64,000 nucleotides of DNA from a virus. Its lineage: Duplodnaviria; Caudoviricetes. The stretch spans positions 96,001 to 160,000 of IMG/VR virus record IMGVR_UViG_3300032233_002657, one strand, 5' to 3'. Below are positions 29,157 through 38,623 of the stretch, piece after piece (within the stretch, counting starts at the first letter, position 1; each line of letters opens with the position of its first letter). The translations under genes and the position numbers were made by a program. The notes under the pieces are model-generated. The model did not search any database. It was not told where the DNA came from and saw nothing but the letters and a program-made list of their open reading frames with translations.

Positions 29157-30380
29157 TTACCCAATTATGTCACGAACACAAAGTTTGATCTGGTCGCGCA
29201 AGTTACGCTGTTGAGCGGTCTTGGCTTCAGAGAATCTAAATTTGCCAGCTTTGCGATAGGACTGAGCATACTTAATTAAGTTAGTTAAGTCGCGCTCTAC
29301 GCTAGCTTGAGCTGAAGCCATTTTAGCAGCTTCAGGGGGCATTCCAGCTTCAGGTGGCATCATTCCAGCTTCAGGAGGCATTCCGCCTGCGCCGCCGTCT
29401 CCACCTTGTTGAATCATGGCTAACAACTCTGCAGGATCAATTCCTTGTTCCTGAAGTGCCATAAGCAATTCTTGAGCTGCGTCATCAGGGCTAGCGCCGC
29501 CACCAGTATCTTCGCCAGCCATCTGGGCCATCATACCGGGGTCTACTTCCATGCCGCTTTCTGATCCGCCTTCTCCGTGCTCAGCAGACTCTTCCATAGG
29601 AGATTCTGAAGATTCTTCTTCAGGGGCTGCAGCTTCGCCTTCTGCAGCTTTATAAAAAGCTTGAAGGTAGCTTCCAACCATAGCTGCTTTTTCAAGGCCG
29701 TCAGCAATAGTTTGCTCAATAGAGCCAGCTACTACTTCTCTGGCTTGCTTGGAGAACTCATCTTGTTGCTCAGTGGTCAAAGAAGCCGCTGCGGCTCCAG
29801 CTGCCGCCATTTTATCGCAGTCTGCGGCTGGGGCTTTTTTACCCTTCTTTTCATCTATTTTTTTTTGAATAAAAGCTGGCATAGGCTTTGAGCCTGCTGC
29901 TTCTTTCATATTTACAGTGATGTCTGAAAGAATGTCATTAGCCTTGCTGCTGGCCAACTTTCGAAGTTCACCAAAAGACATAGAGCCATACTTTTCGCCA
30001 TCATTAGTCTTAGCTGGGTGGCTAGTACCTGGGTCTTCTTTATCGCTCTTATAGTCATCTTCGCTAGCTGGGTCTTCGCCGGTGGAAGCGCTAGTAATGC
30101 CTACATCGAACTGTTGATCTTCTTGTGAAGGGGAGCTGTCTCCAGCTGCGTCTACTCCACCGTTGAAGATGGTCTTCTTTACATCAGATGTGTTTTCTTG
30201 GGATCGTTTGCCTTCAGTAGCGGGTTGGGTGTTGTCGTCAACATCCTTGCTAGGATGGCTGGTGTCCCCACCTTGGCTACCGGGTTCGGTATTAGCTGCT
30301 GCTCGTTTCTTAACGGAAGCTTGCTTCTCGTTTTCAACTTCAGAAAGAAATTCTCGCAGCTGATCAAATAGCTGAGGCAT
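29157..30380 (-). CDS. Putative scaffolding protein
   Basis: Acidic and low complexity, about 11 K-x-A motifs, PPEAGM repeats; between protease and capsid genes. Confidence 0.55.
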   Translation of the reverse strand: MPQLFDQLREFLSEVENEKQASVKKRAAANTEPGSQGGDTSHPSKDVDDNTQPATEGKRSQENTSDVKKTIFNGGVDAAGDSSPSQEDQQFDVGITSASTGEDPASEDDYKSDKEDPGTSHPAKTNDGEKYGSMSFGELRKLASSKANDILSDITVNMKEAAGSKPMPAFIQKKIDEKKGKKAPAADCDKMAAAGAAAASLTTEQQDEFSKQAREVVAGSIEQTIADGLEKAAMVGSYLQAFYKAAEGEAAAPEEESSESPMEESAEHGEGGSESGMEVDPGMMAQMAGEDTGGGASPDDAAQELLMALQEQGIDPAELLAMIQQGGDGGAGGMPPEAGMMPPEAGMPPEAAKMASAQASVERDLTNLIKYAQSYRKAGKFRFSEAKTAQQRNLRDQIKLCVRDIIG

Positions 30381-30524
30381 CGTAAATTCACTCCTATTTC
30401 GTTGGCGTCGCAGGTAAGGTTACCCTTAACCAAAATTAGTACTGTTCAACGCCTTTAATGATTCTGTACAGTACTTCAAAAGTGTGCAAGACCGTCTTGC
30501 ACTTTTTTTGTATCTTTTTATCTA

Positions 30525-31961
30525 TTAAGCAAGTTGGTTGTAAGCTACAACCGCTCGGCCATAATGGTATTCTTGAGATTTATCTGCAGAAGCAGCCTTT
30601 AACCACTGTAATTGGTGCATGGCATATGCCTTGGCCAAGTCTTCGTGCTTGGAAAAATCTTCTGCATATTTTTCAAGATTTTTTAGAACTGGGCGGGAAG
30701 ACAGGCCAGATATCACGGCTGACCTAACTCCTATCTCCACACTTCTTACATCTACAGAGTGAGCACTGGCGAACTTAATAGCTTCTGAGTGCTGTCTCTC
30801 AGTAGATATAGTCTTAGATGGATCGGTGGATCTATCGCTAGCTAGCTTTTCAATAGTGGAGACGTCTCCAATCAATTTAGTAAACACATTAGGGAGATGG
30901 CGCTTAACTTCAGCTGCTATTTTTTCTTGGCCTTTAGCTGATAACCAGTCTTCCAAAGATACAAGAATACCTTGCTTAGCGCATGCTGCCCAAGGGTAGA
31001 TCCCGTTTATGGAGCTTTGCTTCCAGAAAGGAAGAGGCTTTACTCTTGCAGATACAACTGCCATAAGGACTGGGCTGCACACTCCAGCTGATTTCTCTAA
31101 GTTAGATAAACTTCTAGCTATCTCAGCTAGTTTTACGGAGCCTTCAGAAAGATCACCGGATAGTATGCTGTCCGATGCTCCTACTCCAGCTAACTCAGCA
31201 AGTTCTGCTCCGCCTACTACGCACAAGCCAGAGGCAGCTTTATAATGACCAACTACCCAGGCTATTCGGTCGGCTGGGCGGTAAACGTCGCTTATGTCGA
31301 ACCAAGTCGGGTTCGGGTTATCAACATGAAGAACGTGGCCGTCTTCTGCAACTTTAGTAAGGTTAAATTTGCAACCGCCGTACTTGCACATATCTTCTGT
31401 GCAGTACTCATCTCTATTCTTTGCTTTATTGCCGCATCCGGAACACACATCATGGGAAACTCTGCAGGCCATGCTTACGCCCCAGTTGTCATCCCCCGAA
31501 GCTATCTTCTGCATTTCTTTATCGGCTACTAATCCTTTATTTCGATCTGCTGCTTCCTTAGTAGCGTTAAGAGCTACGATGAGCTCTACTCGTTTCATCT
31601 TATCGTTGAACATGGAAGCCTTAACCATACCGTAGCTTTTTTCAGTGTCTTTGTTTTTGTGGTTTCTGTACCACCGAGCGTGCTTAACAAAAGTGTCATG
31701 GTACTTACGGCAGGTGGCTTCTTTAAAGCCGTCACCGTTGCGGTTAGGGCCGTATGCCTCTGTAGAACCTATAGCAATCATATGAATGGGTTGTTCGCCT
31801 GGCTTAAACTCTATTCCCCTAAGGAGGTGAGCAGCTTCGTCTCCAGCCCTCTTTACAAATGAAGAAAGATCGTGACCAACCAATCCTTTGGAGGATACTT
31901 TAACTATAGAGCTAACGGAGTCTCCGAAGCTCTGCGAGTTAGGGGCTATGATCTTAATCAT
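30525..31961 (-). CDS. Putative prohead (maturation) protease
   Basis: GPNRNGDGF, YRNH and VSMAC...CSGCG motifs resembling large-phage prohead serine proteases; C-terminal half rich in K-x-A. Confidence 0.6.
   Translation of the reverse strand: MIKIIAPNSQSFGDSVSSIVKVSSKGLVGHDLSSFVKRAGDEAAHLLRGIEFKPGEQPIHMIAIGSTEAYGPNRNGDGFKEATCRKYHDTFVKHARWYRNHKNKDTEKSYGMVKASMFNDKMKRVELIVALNATKEAADRNKGLVADKEMQKIASGDDNWGVSMACRVSHDVCSGCGNKAKNRDEYCTEDMCKYGGCKFNLTKVAEDGHVLHVDNPNPTWFDISDVYRPADRIAWVVGHYKAASGLCVVGGAELAELAGVGASDSILSGDLSEGSVKLAEIARSLSNLEKSAGVCSPVLMAVVSARVKPLPFWKQSSINGIYPWAACAKQGILVSLEDWLSAKGQEKIAAEVKRHLPNVFTKLIGDVSTIEKLASDRSTDPSKTISTERQHSEAIKFASAHSVDVRSVEIGVRSAVISGLSSRPVLKNLEKYAEDFSKHEDLAKAYAMHQLQWLKAASADKSQEYHYGRAVVAYNQLA
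30856..30871. repeat. Dispersed palindrome, copy 4 (GTGGAGACGTCTCCAA, 15/16)
   Basis: Read directly. Confidence 0.85.
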
Positions 31962-31963
31962 TG

Positions 31964-32977
31964 TTAGTCCTCTTTTTTGTAGTAGTTGCCCATATAGTTG
32001 CTTACTGGCCCGCTTGCAAGAATGGCCAGTAACGCTCCGGGTATTCCACCTACGCCTGACCGAGTCCAGCCACCTGGCTTGCCGTTTAAGGTCTGCCCCG
32101 CGGTTCCCTTAGTAGCTAAAATTCGATTAAGATCATCTCTAAGCCCTGGCAGTTTATTTTGATTATGCTTTAATACTTTTAAGGCCTCTCCATAATCGTA
32201 GCCTTTCTGCTTAAAGGCTTGATGTGCAGCCTGATTAGCCTCAAATGCCTTAAACGCGTCAAGTTTTCCTGGGTAAGCCGCTGCGTCTCTAAGATAGTTT
32301 TTGTAGATTGCGGAACTAGGGGAGTAGGGCATGCCGGTTGCTTTAAGTGGATATATAGGCTCAGCCCCAGGATTAGCGACGGCTCGCATCCTAGCTGGCT
32401 CAAGCCCTGGGCCTACTGGCCTAGGAGTATTAAGTATGTCTTGTATCTGCGATTTGAGGCCAGTTGCTTCAGGGTTCTGAAAGTTAAACAGGCCTCCGGC
32501 AAGTCTTTTTCCAACAACGTAGCCGCCTGTGCCAGCCAGTGCAGCGTTGCCTGGAGCGGCCATTATACCGGCCCCCGCTAAGGCTGCTTCATTAGCAAGG
32601 GTATCAAGAGGGCCATTAGGCTTACTCTCACTTAAAGATCTTACTGTGTCCGTCCAAGATTTTTCTGTGTTCTTATTTTTGTCATCCTTCTTAGAATCCA
32701 TTTCTGTCATTAGCCCACCTACAGCTGCTCCTGGAAGAGCGCCTATAAGGCCGCCGTACAGAGCGTTCCTTAAATTTAATTTTTTACCTTTTAAATAGTC
32801 GTACCCGAGGGTGCCTAGGCCCCCTACTCCAGCTCCAGCTAAGGCGCCTAACGCGGAGTTTGTAAGTATGCCAGCCTGCTTATTCATCTTAGATTTTTGA
32901 GCTTCTACGTACATAACCGCTAATTGGTTACTTGCTTCTGAGGCTGTCTTACTGAATATGCTATTATCTAGGCTCAT
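31964..32977 (-). CDS. Glycine-zipper protein with K-x-A motifs (putative internal/ejection protein)
   Basis: FSKTAS, NKQAG, followed by GALAGAGVGGLG and GGLIGALPGAAVGG. Confidence 0.6.
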   Translation of the reverse strand: MSLDNSIFSKTASEASNQLAVMYVEAQKSKMNKQAGILTNSALGALAGAGVGGLGTLGYDYLKGKKLNLRNALYGGLIGALPGAAVGGLMTEMDSKKDDKNKNTEKSWTDTVRSLSESKPNGPLDTLANEAALAGAGIMAAPGNAALAGTGGYVVGKRLAGGLFNFQNPEATGLKSQIQDILNTPRPVGPGLEPARMRAVANPGAEPIYPLKATGMPYSPSSAIYKNYLRDAAAYPGKLDAFKAFEANQAAHQAFKQKGYDYGEALKVLKHNQNKLPGLRDDLNRILATKGTAGQTLNGKPGGWTRSGVGGIPGALLAILASGPVSNYMGNYYKKED

Positions 32978-33033
32978 GACTTATGTGTCCCTTAAACAAA
33001 ATAAAATATTAGGTTGTCGTCTAATCAGTAAAC

Positions 33034-34419
33034 TTAAAGCCCTACATCAGACCCGCCGCTGCTGTTTAGCTTCTTCCTAAAATTAGATGTATGCGCTCTA
33101 GTTTTCTCTATGTCCAGCATTTGCTGTACATCAGATGGATCTATAGCTGCGTTTCCGCCTTCCAATCTTTTTCTAAGCAGTGGTCTCATTATGGCTGGAT
33201 TAGAAGAAGCGTCTGGGGCTATGTGGCTTACTTCGTTAAAGTGGAAAGCCACGTCTTCAGGATGGTGAGCGCCTATGACGTCGTCATTTGCCATAAGGTC
33301 TGACAAGGCGGTACTGGCTCTTATGTTTTTTAAAACTAAGTCCTGAACCATCTGGTCATTTTTAAACTCTAAGTTACCTATGGCGTCCGCGTTACTTTCT
33401 GGGCCTTTGGTATTAAGCAAGTCTTTAGAGGCGCTGTACATACCACCAGCTATTTGATTAGACCTGTTAGTCAATCTTCCAAGCCCTTTTGCAACAGCCC
33501 CGCTGCCGCCTTCTGAGTCATCTTCGGCTGCTGTCTTAATACCGTCCATAACTGACCCTGTGTAGTCAACAGGAAGAGACTTAGCGAATGCTGAAGATAT
33601 GGCTGAATTTATATCTTTAGATATGTATGCAGCAGCTGCCTTTTTATTAATGTGAGTAGAAGCCAGCTCCATACATTCCTGTATGGTTCTGTAAGGCTCG
33701 CACTTGATGTCGACCGCGGCGTTTGCTTCCGCCACGGTGCCAGCCTGTTTCTTAAGAGCCTTATTGGAGCCTGATAGAATATCTAAAAGGGCCGCAGCTT
33801 TCTTGCCGAACAATTTAGAGCTGTTATCCTTAGCCACGCTAAATGGAACACTTCCAAAGGTTCTAAAATAAGAAGCTAACTTGGATATCCCTTCCATCAT
33901 TTTGTCTTTATTATTGGCCGAGTCCATTCTCAGCTTTTCTACGTTTCTTCCCATCTTCTCTATAAGGGAGCTAACGGCTCTAGTGTTACCTAATTGATCT
34001 TTGGGCATGGCAGCATAGCTTCCTTTGTCGGAAGCTAATTTTGCCAAGGGCTTTAATTCAACTGACTTAGAAGCTGGCTTGTATTTGTATATGTCAGATA
34101 TGGCTGCTTCTTTGAGCATGCTGGAAGCAGTTTTAATAGAGTCTGGGTACACCAGGCCTATAACTGTCTTAAGGTCAGCAAGTTCAAACTCAGCCAGCTT
34201 TTCCATAGGGTCTTCCCCTGATTGGCGCTGGGCTTCGCTTCTGCCAGTGTTGTAAGCTCGAACCATAAGCTCTAAATGACCAACGGGAACCCCGTTAGCG
34301 GAAGCTGTTTTAGATATGGCCTCATTCGGGGATAAGCCAGAGTTTACTAACTCTGCTACCTCTCCTAGAGAGTCGGTTATCTTGGTTTCGGCTTCTTTAC
34401 TAAGTCGTTGCGCTGCCAT
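33034..34419 (-). CDS. Hypothetical K-x-A-rich head/core protein
   Basis: About 12 K-x-A motifs in 461 aa. Confidence 0.6.
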   Translation of the reverse strand: MAAQRLSKEAETKITDSLGEVAELVNSGLSPNEAISKTASANGVPVGHLELMVRAYNTGRSEAQRQSGEDPMEKLAEFELADLKTVIGLVYPDSIKTASSMLKEAAISDIYKYKPASKSVELKPLAKLASDKGSYAAMPKDQLGNTRAVSSLIEKMGRNVEKLRMDSANNKDKMMEGISKLASYFRTFGSVPFSVAKDNSSKLFGKKAAALLDILSGSNKALKKQAGTVAEANAAVDIKCEPYRTIQECMELASTHINKKAAAAYISKDINSAISSAFAKSLPVDYTGSVMDGIKTAAEDDSEGGSGAVAKGLGRLTNRSNQIAGGMYSASKDLLNTKGPESNADAIGNLEFKNDQMVQDLVLKNIRASTALSDLMANDDVIGAHHPEDVAFHFNEVSHIAPDASSNPAIMRPLLRKRLEGGNAAIDPSDVQQMLDIEKTRAHTSNFRKKLNSSGGSDVGL

Positions 34420-35344
34420 CGGCTGAGGCCTCCGGTAATTTAGTGCCTACTAGACGCTCTAGTATAGTTGTGTCCCCGCCGGCTATAAGCATAGCCTCTT
34501 CAGCTCTGGGTTCTGCTGCGTTAATATCCTTACCAACCCATTCGAGTGTGTTCTTGTTATTTGAGTTGGAGCCTGTCGTCACAACTGTGGACATGGCCTC
34601 CATGAAATAATTAAGAACATTGCCGCTATCCGCCCCGCCTTTATAGGATGAGGAATCTGCAGCTATCTCCTGCTCCTTCTGATGAAGTTGAAGAAGCTGT
34701 AGCTGATTCCAGCTGTTAGCCGCAACAATCTTAGAGCTCTGAAGATTCTTTCTTAGAAGGTTAGCTGATATTTCTGAATGGGCCCACTTATTCGTTTCAG
34801 GGTCGGCTCTATGGTGTATAAGCCAGTCAAGCTTTTCGGCTCCGTATAAATACCCATAAAACTTCCACAAAATATCAAGGTCCCTTTCAGAGGCTCCTAG
34901 GAATGCGTTCTTGCCTATGGCAAAGTGCATGACCCAAGAAGCGTTATCTATTCTATCCGATACATTAAAGAACAGACTTTCATACCATTTTATGCATTTA
35001 GGTGATAGGTTAGTCATCTTTGAAATAACCAAGATGTCTGTTCTAGCTAGAATCCTAGCTTCTAATTCCCACTTTAAAAGCTTGGCTTCTTGCCTGCTGT
35101 ATACCTCATAAGCATCGGCTAAGGCTTGGTTAGCCATACACTTAGCGCAATACTCCCAAGCATCTTCGACTTTGTCTATCATGCTAAAAAACTTCCAAGC
35201 CGCTTGCACGAACTTATCATCTTTAAACCTGTCAGGGTTCTTGCTAGAGGTGAAGAGAGCTACAGCGCGCTTCCACCTCCAATCCGTAGGCCTGGTAGGG
35301 CTGGATTTTCTTAAGTTCACATATTCAGCAAGGCTGGCTTCCAT
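34400..35344 (-). CDS. Hypothetical protein
   Basis: 314 aa, Trp-rich and helical; overlaps both neighbours. Confidence 0.6.
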   Translation of the reverse strand: MEASLAEYVNLRKSSPTRPTDWRWKRAVALFTSSKNPDRFKDDKFVQAAWKFFSMIDKVEDAWEYCAKCMANQALADAYEVYSRQEAKLLKWELEARILARTDILVISKMTNLSPKCIKWYESLFFNVSDRIDNASWVMHFAIGKNAFLGASERDLDILWKFYGYLYGAEKLDWLIHHRADPETNKWAHSEISANLLRKNLQSSKIVAANSWNQLQLLQLHQKEQEIAADSSSYKGGADSGNVLNYFMEAMSTVVTTGSNSNNKNTLEWVGKDINAAEPRAEEAMLIAGGDTTILERLVGTKLPEASADGSATT

Positions 35345-35775
35345 TATCCTACGTCACTCCAACCTGAAAGTGATATATCCCAAGTAGCGTCGCCTGATCC
35401 ATTCGGGTAAATCTGAACGTATATTCTTCTCTGCCTATCTGAGAGAGGGCCATCGCCGTTCTTGTAAGCTCGGCCAAACTCATCTGATAAAGATAAGTAC
35501 TCTCCAGAAACCCCGTTGGCTTGAGGAAACACTCTGTAAAGTTCTTGGTCTGCTGAGTAGTCGCCGCCTACTTCGTCTCCGCCAGACGAGGAAGCTGATA
35601 AGAATGCTTTTTTAGAGTTAAATATGTCTACCGTGAAATCAGAAAGGGAGTCGTTGCCCACTTGCTTTACGACTATTTTCTTTATGAATCCTTCAGAGAA
35701 GAATCCAAGCGAAAGCTGAGTCGGTGAGCCCTTGGGTGCTACTACGCTTCTATAGTGTTTTTCGTAAATACGCAT
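35344..35775 (-). CDS. Hypothetical beta-rich protein
   Basis: 143 aa in operon; SASSSGG patch. Confidence 0.55.
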   Translation of the reverse strand: MRIYEKHYRSVVAPKGSPTQLSLGFFSEGFIKKIVVKQVGNDSLSDFTVDIFNSKKAFLSASSSGGDEVGGDYSADQELYRVFPQANGVSGEYLSLSDEFGRAYKNGDGPLSDRQRRIYVQIYPNGSGDATWDISLSGWSDVG

Positions 35776-35787
35776 TTATAGCTCCAT

Positions 35788-38199
35788 TTACACGTTGTTA
35801 TCTTCAAGGCTTATGCCTTCATCGGGATACGAGTCTATAGTCTTCTGCTTCAGGAACAATAGTAGATCGCCCATCTGCTCAAACGAGTTTCTAAGATTAT
35901 CTTCAAGTTCTGGCATATCCTTCTTACCGTACCGGTCTTCAAACTTATCTTTGTGCCAGTAGAAGCTAAACAAAATCCTACCAATCTTATCTAGGCCGCC
36001 CATGAGGTCTCCTAGATGTCTATCGACCATAGTGTCGTCTCTAACTGACTTTATAAGAGTGCCTATCATAGAAGTATCAAATACTTCTTTTTGTCCTGAC
36101 TGAGCGGCGTTGTATCCTATAGCCATGGTCTTAGGATCAGGTAGCCTAGGGTCGTACAAAGCGGTATTAGACTGAAGCGACGTCCCTGCCATTGCAGGTA
36201 TAGCCTGCTGCATAGGGTAAGAAGACTGCACGCTTCCTAAAAGAGTTTGTTCCATACCCGTTGGCTGAGTTGGAAATGCTGGAGCCGTGGTGCCGCCCAT
36301 CATGCTTGGGTCCATAGGGTCGCCAGGAGCAGCTGACTTTATTAAGTCTCCTGCGTCTTCTTTTACTGGTTTGTGAATTATGTAGTTAGCAACCTTAAGG
36401 GTCTTAGCTTCGTCTAATATAACTCTAGCCTGCTTTTCTCTAAGAGCTACGTCCCTAACCAAGTGTATAAGCGCGTTCTGTGGGTCTAGCACTCTGCCGT
36501 TAATGCTAACTTCAGAGCCAGTGTGCCTTACGTTTAATGAGGCCGTCTTCTGATAAATAGCATGCTGAAGATCGTTAAGATCGCCTGGGACTATAGCCCC
36601 ATCCCCGCAGCAGCTGTCTCCGCTCAGCTTTACAGCTTTAAAATTGCCAGGAATGTAAAGGTCACCGTTAATAGACTTAATTCTCACACCTGGCTTGTCA
36701 GTTACATATAAATTCTGCCCTGCACCTATGTGAGACATGCCCCCGCTAAAATCACTATAAGCTCCTTTAGCCACGGCAGGAAGGTACTTTGGTCTAGCTT
36801 GAGAAGCGTAATCAAGGTATCGCACCTTGTAGCCACTAGTGCCGTCAGAATCCCCCATTACCTTTAACACTTCAAACGGAACGCTGGCGTCGCCGGTTTC
36901 ACTAACAGCTAAATAGACATTCCCCTTTGATAAAGACGAAAGGCTAGAAAGCTCTTCAAAAAACTTGGCAAAGCTTTGGCCGCTATTTTTACTTTCAGGA
37001 GCGTCTTGGCCCCCATCTCTTGGCGGACGTGTAAACAAGTTACCTGGGTGACTGTTAATCCAGTGCTTCTCACCTGTGTAGTTAACTACAGTGGCGAAGT
37101 CATGGCGCCCTGAAGGGCCATGAGGCATAAGGAAAATTATGGTCTTAAGCATGGAGAAAGGACAAACTAAAAGATCATAGACACCGGTAGAAGCAGGATT
37201 CTCTATTGAGGTAGGTTCCTGCACTTTGTAAGCGATAGCCGTGTCGTCTTTTGTCCTAGCGTCTCTAAATATAACCCCGTCTGTAAGGAGTTTTTCCTTA
37301 TCAGCTTTTGGAGAATCCATAACTCCATCTGAAGAAGCGTTGAAACTTCTGATCATGATGGTAAGGGCTTTCTTTTCCTGAGGCTTAATGTATACGTCTT
37401 CTTCAGACAGAATACCAGGCTCTGGAATGCTTTTAAGCTTATCGACAGCATTCTTTATAAAGTCAGACCCGTAAACTTTTTCAATAGCTTCTGCCATCTT
37501 TGGAAACTGCTGGCATGTACCTATAAGAGCTTTAACTAATTCTTTAAACGCTTGCTTACCATGAGCTGCTTCTTTAGTAAGAAAAGATTTAAGAGTAAGG
37601 GCGTTATTAAACTTTGGATCGTTGGAAGGATTGGTGCAAGCAAACTTAGCAAAGGATCTTACTCCTTCGCGCATCTCGTCTTTATCTACTGCTGATGCAA
37701 ACTTAGCAGGTGGTCGGCTGAAAGCTTGCAGGTCAGGTGAAAGAAATCCTAGTCTAGCCATGTTCTGATCTGTCTTCTTTCCTAAGCTAGCAGGCTTACG
37801 TCGTAGAATGTAGTTAAGCCAGTTTTCTTTAAGTGGCACAAACTGATCTTGGTCTTTAAGGTAGAGCAGCTCATGGCCTTTAAGATCGCCATTAATAAAA
37901 AATACAGGGGCGTAAAGCCATTGAGGCCCAACCTTAAATCCAAACAAGCCAACAGCTTTGGTGTTGTCTTCGTTGCGTTCCATGAGCTCGAAGCCTACCT
38001 CATAGTCGAGTAGGCCTGGGGCTTTGTCTTTTAGATAGGCATGCGCAAGGTTGCTAAATGCCTGTTCAAACTGAACATCGTTTCCAGCCCCTCCAAGCTC
38101 GGCTTTTTTTACGAAGCCTGCAATAGGTGGGAGAGGGTTCAGAAAACTATTACTTTTGTTGCTCATGTTCTTAACCTTCCAGGGCTTAGAAAATAACAT
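35788..38199 (-). CDS. Large hypothetical virion-associated protein
   Basis: 803 aa; K-x-A motifs (VKKAE, TKEAA, QKTAS, IKSAA) and PMDPSMMGG; the start may instead be at 38166. Confidence 0.6.
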   Translation of the reverse strand: MLFSKPWKVKNMSNKSNSFLNPLPPIAGFVKKAELGGAGNDVQFEQAFSNLAHAYLKDKAPGLLDYEVGFELMERNEDNTKAVGLFGFKVGPQWLYAPVFFINGDLKGHELLYLKDQDQFVPLKENWLNYILRRKPASLGKKTDQNMARLGFLSPDLQAFSRPPAKFASAVDKDEMREGVRSFAKFACTNPSNDPKFNNALTLKSFLTKEAAHGKQAFKELVKALIGTCQQFPKMAEAIEKVYGSDFIKNAVDKLKSIPEPGILSEEDVYIKPQEKKALTIMIRSFNASSDGVMDSPKADKEKLLTDGVIFRDARTKDDTAIAYKVQEPTSIENPASTGVYDLLVCPFSMLKTIIFLMPHGPSGRHDFATVVNYTGEKHWINSHPGNLFTRPPRDGGQDAPESKNSGQSFAKFFEELSSLSSLSKGNVYLAVSETGDASVPFEVLKVMGDSDGTSGYKVRYLDYASQARPKYLPAVAKGAYSDFSGGMSHIGAGQNLYVTDKPGVRIKSINGDLYIPGNFKAVKLSGDSCCGDGAIVPGDLNDLQHAIYQKTASLNVRHTGSEVSINGRVLDPQNALIHLVRDVALREKQARVILDEAKTLKVANYIIHKPVKEDAGDLIKSAAPGDPMDPSMMGGTTAPAFPTQPTGMEQTLLGSVQSSYPMQQAIPAMAGTSLQSNTALYDPRLPDPKTMAIGYNAAQSGQKEVFDTSMIGTLIKSVRDDTMVDRHLGDLMGGLDKIGRILFSFYWHKDKFEDRYGKKDMPELEDNLRNSFEQMGDLLLFLKQKTIDSYPDEGISLEDNNV

Positions 38200-38251
38200 A
38201 GAGCCATTATGCTCTTTATTTGTTAATTCTGCAACGCTTACGATAAATTTA

Positions 38252-38623
38252 TTATCTAGGGCGCATGTTTAGTATGTTCCTAGAAATACTTCCACTTTTT
38301 AACAAGTCTATAACAATAGCCAGCTTTTCGTTCGTAGCCATCTTAGCATGTTCTTTACCGGATGTGGGAGTGGAGACGTCTCCACTAGCCGCCGATACAG
38401 CCGCAGCCTGATTGCTTACTGGGGGGAGCGCATTAGATGGAGAAAAAGCTGCCGGCATAGTATTCATAGATTTTATAGGTGAATTTGTAGAGCCTACGCT
38501 TTTAAGGTCGGATATTGGTGCGGAGGCCTGAGGGCCGGTTAGCTTGGGAAGAGTTAAATCCTTGGAAGCACTTACAGAGTTGTTTCCAGACCAGTTAGCC
38601 CATTTATATATGAACGCGCTCAT
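38252..38623 (-). CDS. Low-complexity hypothetical protein
   Basis: Ser/Ala/Pro-rich; abuts the RNAP beta' C-half gene. Confidence 0.5.
   Translation of the reverse strand: MSAFIYKWANWSGNNSVSASKDLTLPKLTGPQASAPISDLKSVGSTNSPIKSMNTMPAAFSPSNALPPVSNQAAAVSAASGDVSTPTSGKEHAKMATNEKLAIVIDLLKSGSISRNILNMRPR
38370..38385. repeat. Dispersed palindrome, copy 5 (perfect; extends to 18 bp AGTGGAGACGTCTCCACT)
   Basis: Read directly. Confidence 0.9.
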
